A stretch of DNA of 64,000 bases from Eledone cirrhosa (Eukaryota), in NCBI GenBank assembly GCA_964016885.1, contig OZ024740.1, positions 305,598,001 through 305,662,000 on the forward strand. Reading direction: 5' to 3'. The notes beneath the pieces were generated by a model. That model was not told the origin of the DNA. It saw nothing but the letters and a program-made list of their open reading frames with translations, and did not search any database. Of this stretch, positions 39,145 to 53,504 are shown piece after piece. Position numbers and translations under genes: made by a program. Each line of letters opens with the position of its first letter. Position 1 is the stretch's first letter.

Positions 39145-39344
39145 TGTATATGTGTGTGTATGATAGAGTCCACGTAATGTGTATAGAATTGATGACTGTG
39201 TGTGTGTGAGAGAGAGTGTATGTGTGTGAGCGTGATTAATAGAGATCACGTAATTATTTAATGTGTGTTTTGCTGTCTATTGGCAGCGTATATCAACCAA
39301 TAAATCCACTCCACTATCCAGCTCTCCGTCTAACATCGAATAAA

Positions 39345-39437
39345 TGTCATGGAAATATCTGTCACATTTGAAAGCATCCATCCTTTATAATGAGTCTGGG
39401 CTAGGTGTTTATACTCGGATACGATGTGAGCCACAGT

Positions 39438-39476
<39 letters not shown>

Positions 39477-39885
39477 TCTCCACAGATCCTATAGAGCGGG
39501 CTAGCCTCCTCTTTGTTAATATGATATTTCATCTAGTTCGTTCTAAGGGCTTGCTCCTATGCAGCCAGTAGCATTCTCTCTGTAGCTTTCTTAAGGTCCC
39601 CTTATCTGACAGTCCCGTGTCTGCGGATCTCTGAATTTTGTTTTCTTCAAAAAGATGTTATGAAGGGCTTATTCATCTAGGTTGTTTTTCCTATTTGTTG
39701 TTACGTCTTTCTTGGACACCCCTTGATCTAATGTCTCCTTCTTCAATACAGACTTAAACATTGGCTCGTTACTCTCAGGCACATATTTGTGTACACAGCT
39801 CTTCTCCATCTGAACACAGTCCTCCACGCTAATAAGACCCTTCCATCTTCAGATCTCTTTAAGAAAAGTCTATAAACACCACCGT
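39345..39885 (-). pseudogene. R4/Dong/Rex6-type non-LTR retrotransposon fragment
   Basis: Minus-strand fragments 'YRLFLKRSEDG..GLISVEDCVQMEK', 'EQALRTN*MKYHINKEEASPLYRICGE' and 'TVAHIVSEYKHLAQTHYK' (zinc-knuckle region). Confidence 0.8.
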
Positions 39886-40930
39886 TCTTATGATATTGTT
39901 ATAATTATTACCTTACGAGGTCAATAAAATAAAATACCAGTAAACACTGGGTTCGATTTAATCGACTTTCCCCTTCCCTTCAAATTGCTGGCCTTGTGCC
40001 TAAAGTAGAAACAATTATTATTATTTCGTCGCTCGGGAGAATTTGCAGCCCTGTCGCTGTCATCCCTTCATATTTAAATTCAGAGAACGGATTTTGTTGA
40101 CATGATCTTCCTTAAAATAACAGGTTCTGATATTTGACTCTTAGTGAATCGATAGTGTTCCTTCACATTAATTATAATGCTTGCTAATGTAATAATACTG
40201 CTTGTTAATGGATTTTAAACATTTTATAATATATTGATGTACTTTTAGCTCATCGATAATCTTTGTAGAAATGTAAATATTCTAACAATGTTTGTTAATA
40301 TGACAATACTTTCCTAATAGTCTTTTTTCCGATGATAAATTCTTAATGGCCTATACATACATACATACATACACACAGACAAACACACACACATACATAC
40401 ATACATACATACATACATACATACACACAGACAAACACACACACATACATACATACATACATACAGACACACGTCCATCCATCCATCCATCCATCCATAC
40501 ATACATACACACAGACAAACACATACATACATAGACACACGTACGTACATACATACATACACACAGACACACATACATACACATACATACACATACATAC
40601 ACACAGATACACGTACATACATACATACATACACACAGACACACATACATACACACATACATACATACAGACACACAAACATATAGACAGACACACACCT
40701 AGATACATACACACATACATACGCATATACACATACATACACATATATATCGGCGTATAAACTGAAACTTCGAAGTCACTGTCACATTTCTAATCACAAG
40801 TAGACAAGTAGAGCTCTTTCCGCCAATGTTTGAATGTTTTAAGTATTGTAAACACTGACTCCATTCCAATATATATATCTATATATCTATATATCTATAT
40901 ATCTATATAAATTTATCTATATATCTATAT

Positions 40931-41010
<80 letters not shown>

Positions 41011-41016
<6 letters not shown>

Positions 41017-41234
41017 CGAAGGAAATGTGGTAAGGAACCAGGTGGACCATAACGCACCAAAGTACTCAATACTTAGGGTAGTAGAGTGGGTAATAGGAAC
41101 GAGTAGGACCCCGACGGCTGAGCTCAAGCCGTTTCGACGGCTAATTCTGGACTCAGTCCAGAATTAGCCGTCGAAACGGCTTGAGCTCAGCCGTCGGGGT
41201 CCTTCTCGTTCCTATATATATATATATTCTCGTT

Positions 41235-41240
<6 letters not shown>
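41011..41240. mobile_element. Fold-back Penelope-like insert, same family as 10271, opposite orientation
   Basis: Palindrome centred near 41152; 'GAAACGGC-ttgagctca-GCCGTC-ggggtc'. Confidence 0.75.
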
Positions 41241-41323
<83 letters not shown>

Positions 41324-41341
41324 ATATAGATATATAGATAA

Positions 41342-41396
<55 letters not shown>

Positions 41397-41556
41397 ATAT
41401 AAATTAGCGAGAATCGTATTTCAGCTCAGGAATTAACGAAAATCATATATATATATATATGGATATAGATATATAGATAAATTTATATATATACATATAT
41501 ATAAACGTGCGTCTGTCTATATTTGTATCCAATAGTGCAAGTATACATTCATGGTT

Positions 41557-41595
<39 letters not shown>

Positions 41596-41751
41596 GTTGT
41601 AATTGTTTGTTTTTATATTTTTTACACGACCGTATGTTAAATCCCCGGCATGTCTTTGTATTGTCCCCTTTTCTTGTGCGCTCTTGTGGCTAATAAAGAA
41701 ATATATCTATCTATCTATATCTATGTGTGTGTGTGTGTGTATGTATGTGTG

Positions 41752-41782
<31 letters not shown>

Positions 41783-41930
41783 ATGCGTGTGTGTGGGTGT
41801 GTGCGTGTGATTATGTGTTTGTGTGTGTGTGGTGTATGTATAAAACACACACACGCATATATTTCTGCCTGTAATCACACTCACACACCCACACACACGC
41901 ATACACCACCCACATATATATATATATATT

Positions 41931-41962
<32 letters not shown>

Positions 41963-43355
41963 ATATTATATATAAATATTATAATTGTATGACATGTCGT
42001 TGTTGACTTTATGTCAAATAATGACATAGTTATAATCCAGTGACCAATAAGAAAAGTATTATTAGTATTATTACTGTTGTTGTAAAGGTTGATGTAACGG
42101 TTGTTACATCAGCTATATAGATGTGTGTTACTGTTACTATTAATGATAATCATACGGGGTCGATAAAATAAAGTACCAGTAATGTAGTGGGTAATTGCTG
42201 GCCTTGTGCCTAAAGTAGAAACAATTATTTATACAGCCTTACTGTTGTTATATAGCTGTCGTGAAGCAGGCTTATGTCACAGAAGTAACAACCTACACAC
42301 ATTTATAGGGTGACCAATGGATCTGGTGTACCCCAGCCAATGTAACATCCATCATTAAGTTTGTTCTAGGACCACAGCATCATGTACTGTCCGGCTATTT
42401 TAGAGTGCAGCGTGTCATACTTGGGATGGTGGGAGACAGTTATGGAATAGAGTGCAGTCTAGCTATTTGGAAATACCGTGTCTGTTTACAGTTTGGTTGT
42501 CTGAGAATCATGCATTGGTTGTTTGCTGAGGTCGACTGGGCATACAGATATTAGGACAATGCCTAATGGGTCGGTGAGCCAGTAAGCCGGTGGGCTAAGT
42601 AAAAAAAAACGAAAAGAAAAGCTGAAAAAATGTCACGCAAAAAATGAAGTCTTAACCGCTGCACAAAGATTGAAAGGAAAATGGAACCCGCCTTAGCTGA
42701 GCAGTGAAAACACGCCTCTGGCTCTTAACAGTCAGTTGTCTGTTAGACAGTGTCGTTCGGATGCCGGGCTAATTTTAAGACCCAGTTTGCTTCTAGTCGA
42801 TACTCTGATAATGTTGTATATATGAAAATGCTGTTTGGAAATGGAATGTAAAAGATAAAGTATGTTGAGAACGAAGGTCCAATGTGTCAGTTAAGGTATG
42901 TCTTGTATGAAGGGGAAAATGTGGAATTTTGTATGTTGTATGACAATGAAATTTTGGAATTAAGATATGTGCTGTTTATGAGTGGAATCGAAATTAGGGC
43001 ACATTGTACGAGAATGCAGTGTGGAAATTAAAGTATTTTGTATGAAGGTGTAGCGTGGTAATCAAGGTATGTTGAATGAAAGAGGAAGATGGAAGTTAGG
43101 GACTGCTGTATGAAAGTGCAATGTGAAATTCAAGCTCTGTTGTATGGGGGTAAAATATGGAACCCAGGACATATTACTCCAAACGTTCTATCCAGTTTGC
43201 TTTTCCCAAACATTGTTGTTATTATTGTTACTGCTGTTATTGTTGCTCTGTTGTAGTTGTTGTTGTTGTTGCCGCTGATGCTGTTGATGCCGTAATTGCT
43301 ACTGTTGCTACTCCTATTACTGCTGCTCTCACTACTAGTGCTTCTGCCGCTCTGT

Positions 43356-43517
43356 TCAGTCTTGAGTATGGACATTCATATGGAATTTTAGTTCGTACGG
43401 TTGAGAAAACGTCTTTCCACATATAGTACACATACATATCTTTTCTTTGGCGTGCGTCCTTCGCACGTGACTATCATGTGCTGCGTGTGAGGCGAAAGCT
43501 TTTCCGCAATGTTTACA
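43356..43517 (-). CDS. PRDM14: PRDM14-like zinc-finger protein, terminal coding exon
   Basis: Acceptor 'ttctag' then CKHCGKAFASHAAHDSHVRRTHAKEKICMCTICGKTFSQPYELKFHMNVHTQD*; 'FASHAAHDSHVRR' is characteristic of PRDM14; this frame is absent from the ORF track. Confidence 0.9.
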   Translation of the reverse strand, partial: CKHCGKAFASHAAHDSHVRRTHAKEKICMCTICGKTFSQPYELKFHMNVHTQD

Positions 43518-43824
43518 CTAGAAGTAGAAATAGGGGGTATAAGGACTCGTGAGAAAGCGTGGAAGAAAATACATGAAATATAATAGACACAAAGGATACA
43601 AACACCCATGAGAACACATGACCCCAAACGACAAACGTATACAAAACACGTAATAGAAGGACATGTGGGAATGCGTAGGGTGTACAAGGATGTGAAAACA
43701 TATGGAATATTAAGACATTGATTGTAAGTATAGTTGACAACACATGGTATGTAAAGAAATGCGAGAACACATGGAGTATAATCACATGTGAGAATACATG
43801 GTATGTGATATCAAGATACAGTTG

Positions 43825-44373
<549 letters not shown>

Positions 44374-44619
44374 TCACTTGGCAATGAGTATCATGGTACT
44401 CTTTTGGATTTTTCAAACCTAAGGTATAAAGTTAATAGATTTTAAATATTTCCCACCTCAATAGCGATAACATTAAATTATACAAAGAAATTTGCTACAA
44501 TATTCTTTCAGACCCCCCCCCCCCCCCACCCACCGCCTATTAAATTTTGGTATATTAATTCATGTTAAAGGATTTGTTTTCTCTGTTTATTCTTGTTTAT
44601 TTTAGGTTGTCAAATTTTA

Positions 44620-44805
44620 AGATGGAAGAAAAAGCAAATTTGAGCAATTTATTTTATGAGTTCAGATTAGAATGTAAAATTTCTGCGATTAACAACGACC
44701 AATTGTGGGTTATTATTGAAGAGGGCCCACACAAAATAACACGAGAGATTACAGACGAACAAAACGCTGACCATTTGCGCCATATTGGAAAGTCCCAAAA
44801 GTATT
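44620..44805 (+). pseudogene. Mariner transposase remnant
   Basis: 'NNDQLWVIIEEGPHKITREITDEQNADHLRHIGK' resembles the Hsmar1-type HTH2 region. Confidence 0.55.
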
Positions 44806-44827
44806 ATTATTTTTGTTGTAATAAAAT

Positions 44828-45022
44828 GGCGGTGGATTGGCAGTATCGGTAGAGGGTCGGACGCCATGTTTTGACGCATAGAGTTACGGCCCTTGCCATT
44901 CTGAGTTCAAATCCAGCCGAGGTTAACTTCGCCTTTCATCCTTACAGGGTCGATAAAATAAAGTACCAGTCACGCACTGGGGTAATTGCTGACCTTGTGC
45001 CAAAAGTAGAAAGAATTATTAT
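44828..45022 (+). mobile_element. SINE family A, full length
   Basis: tRNA-like head, core 'gaggttaacttcgcctttcatccttacagggtcgataaaataaagtacc', (ATT)n tail. Confidence 0.85.
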
Positions 45023-45129
45023 TACTTTTGTTGTTATTATCAAGGTTGATATTGTTGTTGTTATCAGAGTTGATATTGATGTTATATCACTACTGCCATT
45101 GCTGACATTATTATATCTGTTGTTTTTAA

Positions 45130-46620
45130 TGTTATCATTGCTGTTATTACTGTTCCTATTGTTATTATTACCGTTGTTATCATTGCTGCTATTACTGTTC
45201 CTATTGTTATTATTACCGTTGTTATCATTGTTGTTATTACTGTTCCTATTGTTATTATTACCGTTGTTATCATTGCTGTTATTACTGTTCCTATTGTTAT
45301 TATTACCGTTGTTATCATTGTTGTTATTACTGTTCCTATTGTTATTATTACCGTTGTTATCATTGTTGTTATTACTGTTCCTATTGTTATTATTACCGTT
45401 GTTATCATTGTTGTTATTACTGTTCCTATTGTTATTATTACCGTTGTTATCATTGTTGTTATTACTGTTCCTATTGTTATTATTACCGTTGTTATCATTG
45501 CTGTTATTACTGTTCCTATTGTTATTATTACCGTTGTTATCATTGTTGTTATTACTGTTCCTATTGTTATTATTACCGTTGTTATCATTGTTGTTATTAC
45601 TGTTCCTATTGTTATTATTACCGTTGTTATCATTGTTGTTATTACTGTTCCTATTGTTATTATTACCGTTGTTATCATTGTTGTTATTACTGTTCCTATT
45701 GTTATTATTACCGTTGTTATCATTGTTGTTATTACTGTTCCTATTGTTATTATTACCGTTGTTATCATTGTTGTTATTACTGTTCCTATTGTTATTATTA
45801 CCGTTGTTATCATTGTTGTTATTACTGTTCCTATTGTTATTATTACCGTTGTTATCATTGTTGTTATTACTGTTCCTATTGTTATTATTACCGTTGTTAT
45901 CATTGTTGTTATTACTGTTCCTATTGTTATTATTACCGTTGTTATCATTGTTGTTATTACTGTTCCTATTGTTATTATTACCGTTGTTATCATTGTTGTT
46001 ATTACTGTTCCTATTGTTATTATTACCGTTGTTATCATTGTTGTTATTACTGTTCCTATTGTTATTATTACCGTTGTTATCATTGTTGTTATTACTGTTC
46101 CTGTTGTTATTATTACCGTTGTTATCATTGCTGTTATTACTGTTCCTATTGTTATTATTACCGTTGTTATCATTGTTGTTATTACTGTTCCTATTGTTAT
46201 TATTACCGTTGTTATCATTGTTGTTATTACTGTTCCTATTGTTATTATTACCGTTGTTATCATTGTTGTTATTACTGTTCCTATTGTTATTATTACCGTT
46301 GTTATCATTGTTGTTATTACTGTTCCTATTGTTATTATTACCGTTGTTATCATTGCTGTTATTACTGTTCCTATTGTTATTATTACCGTTGTTATCATTG
46401 TTGTTATTACTGTTCCTATTGTTATTATTACCGTTGTTATCATTGTTGTTATTACTGTTCATGTTGTAATTATTACCGTTGTTATCATTGTTGTTATTAC
46501 TGTTCCTATTGTTATTATTACCGTTGTTATCATTGTTGTTATTACTGTTCCTATTGTTATTATTACCGTTGTTATCATTGTTGTTATTACTGTTCCTATT
46601 GTTATTATTACCGTTGTTAC
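45130..46620. repeat. 39-bp minisatellite, about 38 copies
   Basis: Unit 'gttatcattgttgttattactgttcctattgttattattacc'; gives 13-aa periodic pseudo-ORFs. Confidence 0.97.
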
Positions 46621-47099
46621 CATTGCTGTTGTTACTATTGTTATTATTTTTATTGCTGTTGTTGTTATTACTGTTATCATTGTTTTGTTACCATTATTGT
46701 TGTTACTGTTGTTATTGTTGTCGTTACTGGTGTTATTGTTATTGATATTGTTACTGTTACTATTGTTATTGTTACTGTTGTTATTATTGCTCTTATTACT
46801 GTTGTTGTTACTGTTGTCATCATTGTTGTGGTTACTGTTGTTGGTGTTATTGTTACTGTTGTTATTATTGCAGTTATTACTGCTGTTATTACTTCTTATT
46901 ACTGTTCTTATTGCTTTTTATTACTCTCGTTATTGCTTTTTATTGCTGTTGTTATTACTGTTGTTATTACTGTCGTTATTACGGGGGGGGGTAGGAGTGG
47001 GGGGGGGGGGTTTAAAAGAAACTGGTTCAGCGCACATTTCGTGTCACTCTATATTAATTTTCTAACTGATTAAGCTTAAATTTCAAGATATAGCAGATA

Positions 47100-47562
47100 C
47101 ATGTCTGAGGAGACAACAAAACCCGAATAGGAGCTCGAACATCAGATTTTCTGTGTGAAACACTACTGTAAGTGTGGCTCATACAAGCAGGTCCACTGGC
47201 AATTTAATGCATTTTGGGGTATGGACAAATCTCCCTTCAAATACAAAATCTAAAACTGGGTAAATATGTTTGAAGTTCTGTAAGACTTGAAAAAGGAGCT
47301 ACAGAGCATCTATCCATCTCTAATGGATAAGTTCTGGTTCCAGCAAGACGGAACAAGCCTTCACACCTCCAAAGAGTAGAGAGAATGGCTGAAAAATATC
47401 TGTGGTGTAACTCTGGATAGAAACATCAAAAGATAAAGAATTTTTTATATGTCGTTTTTAATGGTTTGAACTAAATATATTCGGAGTTTCATCAGCTTCT
47501 GTAAAATAAATAAATAATGTAGACAAAAAAAAAATGGGGTCAGTTTTTTTAGTCACCTTGTA
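47100..47562 (+). mobile_element. Tc1/mariner remnant
   Basis: 'KFWFQQDGTSLHTSKE*REWL' and TIR-like end 'ttttttagtcaccttgTA'. Confidence 0.6.
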
Positions 47563-47674
47563 CTATTCTTATTTAAACATCACGCGATTTGAAGCCGGCG
47601 GTGGGATTTGAAAATTGAACTTCGCTGTATTTTTTTTACTACAGAAAATAATAATTATTAATATCGTTACTCAT

Positions 47675-47842
47675 ATAGTTACGGCCCTTTACGTTCCGAG
47701 TTTAAACCCGCCGGGGTTAACTTTGCCTTTCATCCTTACTGGGTCGATAAAATAAAGCACCAGTAACGTACTGGGGTCGATTTAATCGACTTTGTCCTCC
47801 CCCAAATTTTTGGCCTTGTGCCTATACTAGAAGACATTATTA
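47675..47842 (+). mobile_element. SINE family A copy
   Basis: Core 'ggttaactttgcctttcatccttactgggtcgataaaataaagcacc'. Confidence 0.75.
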
Positions 47843-49172
47843 CTGTTGTTATTGCTGTTACTACTACTGTTGCTACAAATGTTGTTATTGTTGTTATCAA
47901 TATTTTAACCATAGTTGATATTACTTTAGTTCAAATTTCTGGCCTTGTACCTATGTCAGAAATCGCCATTGCTTTTTTTTTTATCAATGTTATTTGTATA
48001 GTACTGAGGTCGATTATTCCTCTATATCTCTTTCTCACTTCTTTTCTCTCACCCTCTATCCTTCTATGGAAGAAATCTGTTGTATTCAGCCCTGGAGAGG
48101 AGAAGGGCTCTGTCTGGTTTTAAAATGCTCTAGAAACGCCGTATGTCAACATGGAAACCCTACGACTCCTTCAGGAGTTACATGTCTATACATACATTAG
48201 TATAGAGAGATTGATGGTCGAATCAGTAGCGTATCAGGTAAAGGTCTCACGCTTTTCATTGTTCAAGTCCGGTGGATTTCGACTCTAACTGGCATTATCC
48301 TCTTGCTCTATAATATAAGTAGCTGAGGTCTATTTAATTGACCGTTCCTTTCCTCAAAATGTTTAAACTTGTGCCTATCATAGAAATCAATATTATTATT
48401 ATTTTTGTTGTTTCTTGTTGATGTTGCTTGTTGTTTTATAACATTGTTTCTACGAAGATCCATTCTATACTACGTCCTCTCCTTCCACCAAACACACACT
48501 CTGTTTTCACTACGTTTTCACGTATTCACGCAAACATACACCACACACACACACACACTTATATATACACTTTACAGGCCCTTTCTTTCTCTTTTTTCCT
48601 CCTCCCTCATTGCTTCCTTTCGCTCTCTCAGTGACGCTCTTGCTTTATTCTTAAATCTTGCAGTTCCTTTCTGTTCGTTGTAATTGAAAAGTCCACTATA
48701 TATTACACGTTTATGTTTAGATATGCAATAGGTGGAAGAGAAACAGATCGGGCGGCAAGAAGGCCGAGCAGACGACAACGAAGTTAGCAGATGGAAGGGG
48801 AGGTACTAGCGAACGTCATCGAAGTTGAGTGAATAAGAAGGAAGGGGAGGAGGAGGTGGAGGAGAAAAAAAGAGAGCAAAACAGAAGAATAAGAAAGATT
48901 GAATGAAAAGAGGTGATATAATTATAATAATATTAATAATAATAAAGAAGGGGAAGAAGAGGATGTACTAAGAAGGTTTTGATTTTTTCAATGGAAAATC
49001 ATAAAAGAACACAAATATAAAATAATATTGGCTGGAGAGAGAAAAAAAAAGACTGGCAAAAATGATGATATGGGCGTTTGTTAAAGAGAAACCATATACT
49101 AGAAAGAAAAACAACCATACACACATACTCTCATATATATGCCTACATAGATAGATAAATACATACATATAC

Positions 49173-49277
<105 letters not shown>

Positions 49278-49666
49278 TATATATATATGCATCCATACGT
49301 ATATAAATATAACACATAAACATATACATATCGGCACACACACACACACACACACAGACACACACGCAGACACACGCACACACACACATATATATACATA
49401 CGTATATAAATATAACACATAAACAGATACATATTGACAAACATACACGCATATATATATTGCTTATACATACATATGTATGTATGTATGTATTATGTAA
49501 GTATTTAAGTATGTATGTATGTATGCGTGCGTGTATGTATATGTCTGTACATTTTTACTTTATATATGAAAATAAATACCTATATAAACTATAAGTATAT
49601 ACAAACAGATACACACATACACACACACTCACACACCATATATTCATATATATATTCATACATATA

Positions 49667-49725
<59 letters not shown>

Positions 49726-49769
49726 AGACAATTTCTAAGTCAATTTAAACGTATTTATTATACATATAC

Positions 49770-49832
<63 letters not shown>

Positions 49833-49833
49833 C

Positions 49834-49886
<53 letters not shown>

Positions 49887-49913
49887 GTGTGTGTGTGTGT
49901 GTGTGTGTGTATG

Positions 49914-50008
<95 letters not shown>

Positions 50009-50413
50009 ATACGTACGTGCATAAATATAAAGAATTATGTTTCAATGTTTATATAGTGTCTGAGTGAATATTATATGTTGTCCAAGTGTATATATGTGCA
50101 TAATATAATGCCTATCTTCATGTTTATATATCTAGTACACTTGCGCCTTTAAGTGAATGTGTATGAGTTCATTTATGAATGTGTATTTGCATGCATAATA
50201 ATGTAAGTATTTGTGAATGCACGGTTAACGTGTATGCGTGCTTGCGTGCACTGTTTCTTCATGTCCATGTGTGATGGTGTTTATTATATACATACATACA
50301 TAAATACATACATATATATATATATACATACATATATATATACATACATACATAAATACATACATATATATATATACATACATACATACATACATATATA
50401 TATATATACATAC

Positions 50414-50541
<128 letters not shown>

Positions 50542-51157
50542 TTATGTACATATGTATGTGTGTACGTGTGTATGTATGCATGTGTGTGTATGTATGTGTG
50601 TGTGTGTACGCGTGTGTGTTTGTGTGTGGGTGTGTAAGATATGTGTACGTGTGTATGTATGCATGTGTGTATGTATGTGTGTGTGTGTGTGTACGCGTGT
50701 GTGTTTGTGTGTGGGTGTGTAAGAAGTGTCGCTTTATCCTTGGGAAAGTTCGATACGAGATACAATGCTTGGAAATCTGCCGAATCCTTTGGTGAAGCGG
50801 GAGAGAAGGTTGATGGAGGGAGAGGCTGGCTGGGAGAAAAACCTAAGCTATGTCCATTGATCAGCAACACTGGCAAGCGAAGAAGTTGTCTGAGTGCGTC
50901 GTTTAATAATTGAAAATTGACGAGAAATATAGTATCGGTACTGTGTAAACAGTGCAATAGAGACAAGGGTTTGTGTGGTGGGATGGCAGCCCCTACACCA
51001 CTACACCACCACACTGCGCCGCCGCCATTTCCTTCACCTTCCTTTCTTTTCACACTCATTCCGCTTGTTTCGGCTCCAGAATACACTACTAACACTTTTG
51101 ATGCTTTACCAGTTAACCACCACTACCACCACCACCACCACCACCACCACCACTACG

Positions 51158-51224
<67 letters not shown>

Positions 51225-51285
51225 TGTGTATATATTATAAGTATATATTCATTTGTATGCATGTATATTTGCATATATATATAAG

Positions 51286-51397
<112 letters not shown>

Positions 51398-51969
51398 CAT
51401 TTTGTATTTGTTTTGCAAGATACTTGATGTGAAATCGTGTGTTGAAACGGATATTGTTATACTTTGGAAGGGTCACGCTGCCAATAAAATCACACATACC
51501 AGTTGAATTTCATTTTTAGGGGTAGATAAAATAAAGTACCAGTAATGCACTGGGGTAATTTCTGGCCTTGCGCCAAAAGTAGAAACAATTATTAATAAGG
51601 TAAATAATCTATTCATTGGTTCGTTTAGCAACTGGATGCTTGTTAAATCCATGTGTGGTTGTCAGCTGAGAGAAAGGAGTATTCATTGCCGAAGTAGAGT
51701 TTTAATATTCATTTTATGAAGGCTAAATAGTGAGTCTTGTTACTCTGGAGATTCGCCTGTTTATCACAGGGTCATCATATATATATTGTGAAGAATAAAT
51801 ATACAAAATTCTTCACTGCATATACTCCGCCTGGACCACCAGATGTAATCTGGGATGCTTCAGGATGTTGAGTGCCTACATCGGGATACTTCGAGATCTA
51901 CCAGTTACAATATCCTAACTGGTCATCTAATATAATATAATATAATATAATATAATATAATATAATAAT

Positions 51970-52358
51970 AATAATTGTTTCTACTTTAGGCACAAGGCCA
52001 GCAATTACCCAGTACATTACTGGTACTTTATTTTATCGACCCCGTAAGGATGAAAGGCAAAGTCAACCTCGGCGGGATTTGAACTCAGATCGTAAAGAGA
52101 CGTAACTATGCTAGAAAGCATGGTGTCTGACGCTCTACCGATTCTGCCAATCTACCACCCTATAATATAATAATAATAATTGTTTCTACTTTAGGCACAA
52201 GGCCAGCAATTACCCACTACATTACTGGTACTTTATTTTATCGACCCCATAAGGATGAAAGGCAAAGTTAACCTCGGCGGAATTTGAACTCAGATCATAA
52301 AGGGACGTAACTCTATGCTAGAAAGCATGGCGTCCAACCCTCTACCGATACTGCCAAT
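51970..52358 (-). mobile_element. Two tandem SINE family A copies
   Basis: 51970-52160 and 52178-52358, both reverse complements of the 36047 family. Confidence 0.85.
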
Positions 52359-52387
52359 CATATATATATTCGGAGTCCCCCTCTACG

Positions 52388-52504
52388 TTCCTGATGAAAG
52401 ACTTATGTGCGAAACGTCATAAGCTCCCCCATTCTCACCAATCGTGAAGCTAATAACACTATGTACCATTGATTCATACGTTTGTCTGGTTGTTTGTCAT
52501 TTTG

Positions 52505-52510
<6 letters not shown>
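52388..52510 (+). mobile_element. Penelope-like 3' end with hammerhead-core remnant
   Basis: CTGATGA-aagacttatgtgc-GAAACGTC; ends in (TA)n. Confidence 0.5.
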
Positions 52511-52566
<56 letters not shown>

Positions 52567-52814
52567 CAAAATGACAATATTTTCTCCGAACTTTACACAC
52601 CTTCCCACACTTTGTCTTTCCTTCCACGCATTACCTCTGTTTGATTTTGTTACCGTACCCCTTTTTTTTCCGTATATGATTCTTTGCCTATTTTGATCAT
52701 GCTTTATTTTTATTTATTATTTATTATATTTTTGTCTTTATTTGTTAATTTTTCATTCGCACCGTTTCCTTTCGCTATATGTCTCTCCACCACTCCCCTA
52801 CACACCTTTTGAAC

Positions 52815-52936
52815 TCTCACCTGAAGAAGGGCTTATGCCCGAAACGTCGTCCTCCACCTACCCCCCACTCTCCTGAGCGTGAATTTAATAAACATTTGTC
52901 GTACTGCCTCTCTGTTCTGTCCCTGTTCAATTTTTC

Positions 52937-52940
<4 letters not shown>
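52815..52940 (+). mobile_element. Penelope-like 3' end with hammerhead core
   Basis: CTGAAGA-a-gggc-ttat-gccc-GAAACGTC, then aataaa, then (TA)n; stems I and III pair poorly. Confidence 0.6.
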
Positions 52941-53001
<61 letters not shown>

Positions 53002-53091
53002 CATCCCGCCCGTCCCCTCAATCTATTTTATTTCTCATATATACCTTCCATATACTGTACCGATTGTGTTGTGTTGTTATTTCTGTTAACC

Positions 53092-53248
<157 letters not shown>

Positions 53249-53415
53249 AAGAATGTGCTCATGCGCAGAAATACTATAAAGATACCTTATAATACGAGAA
53301 GACCCTTAAAATACGGAAAAAGAATTTACCAATGACCGCTATATGAGGAATTGAACCCCATGGAAGATATGGGGCCCAATTCCTCATACATATACGTATA
53401 TATATAAATATTTGC

Positions 53416-53504
<89 letters not shown>

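Noticed and set aside
44871-46469. Long ORFs of 532, 506 and 453 aa
   Set aside because: Translations of a stop-free 39-bp minisatellite; no domain content.
50720-51110. Possible upstream exon of the PRDM14-like gene
   Set aside because: Open frames but no PR/SET or zinc-finger motif and no convincing splice pair.
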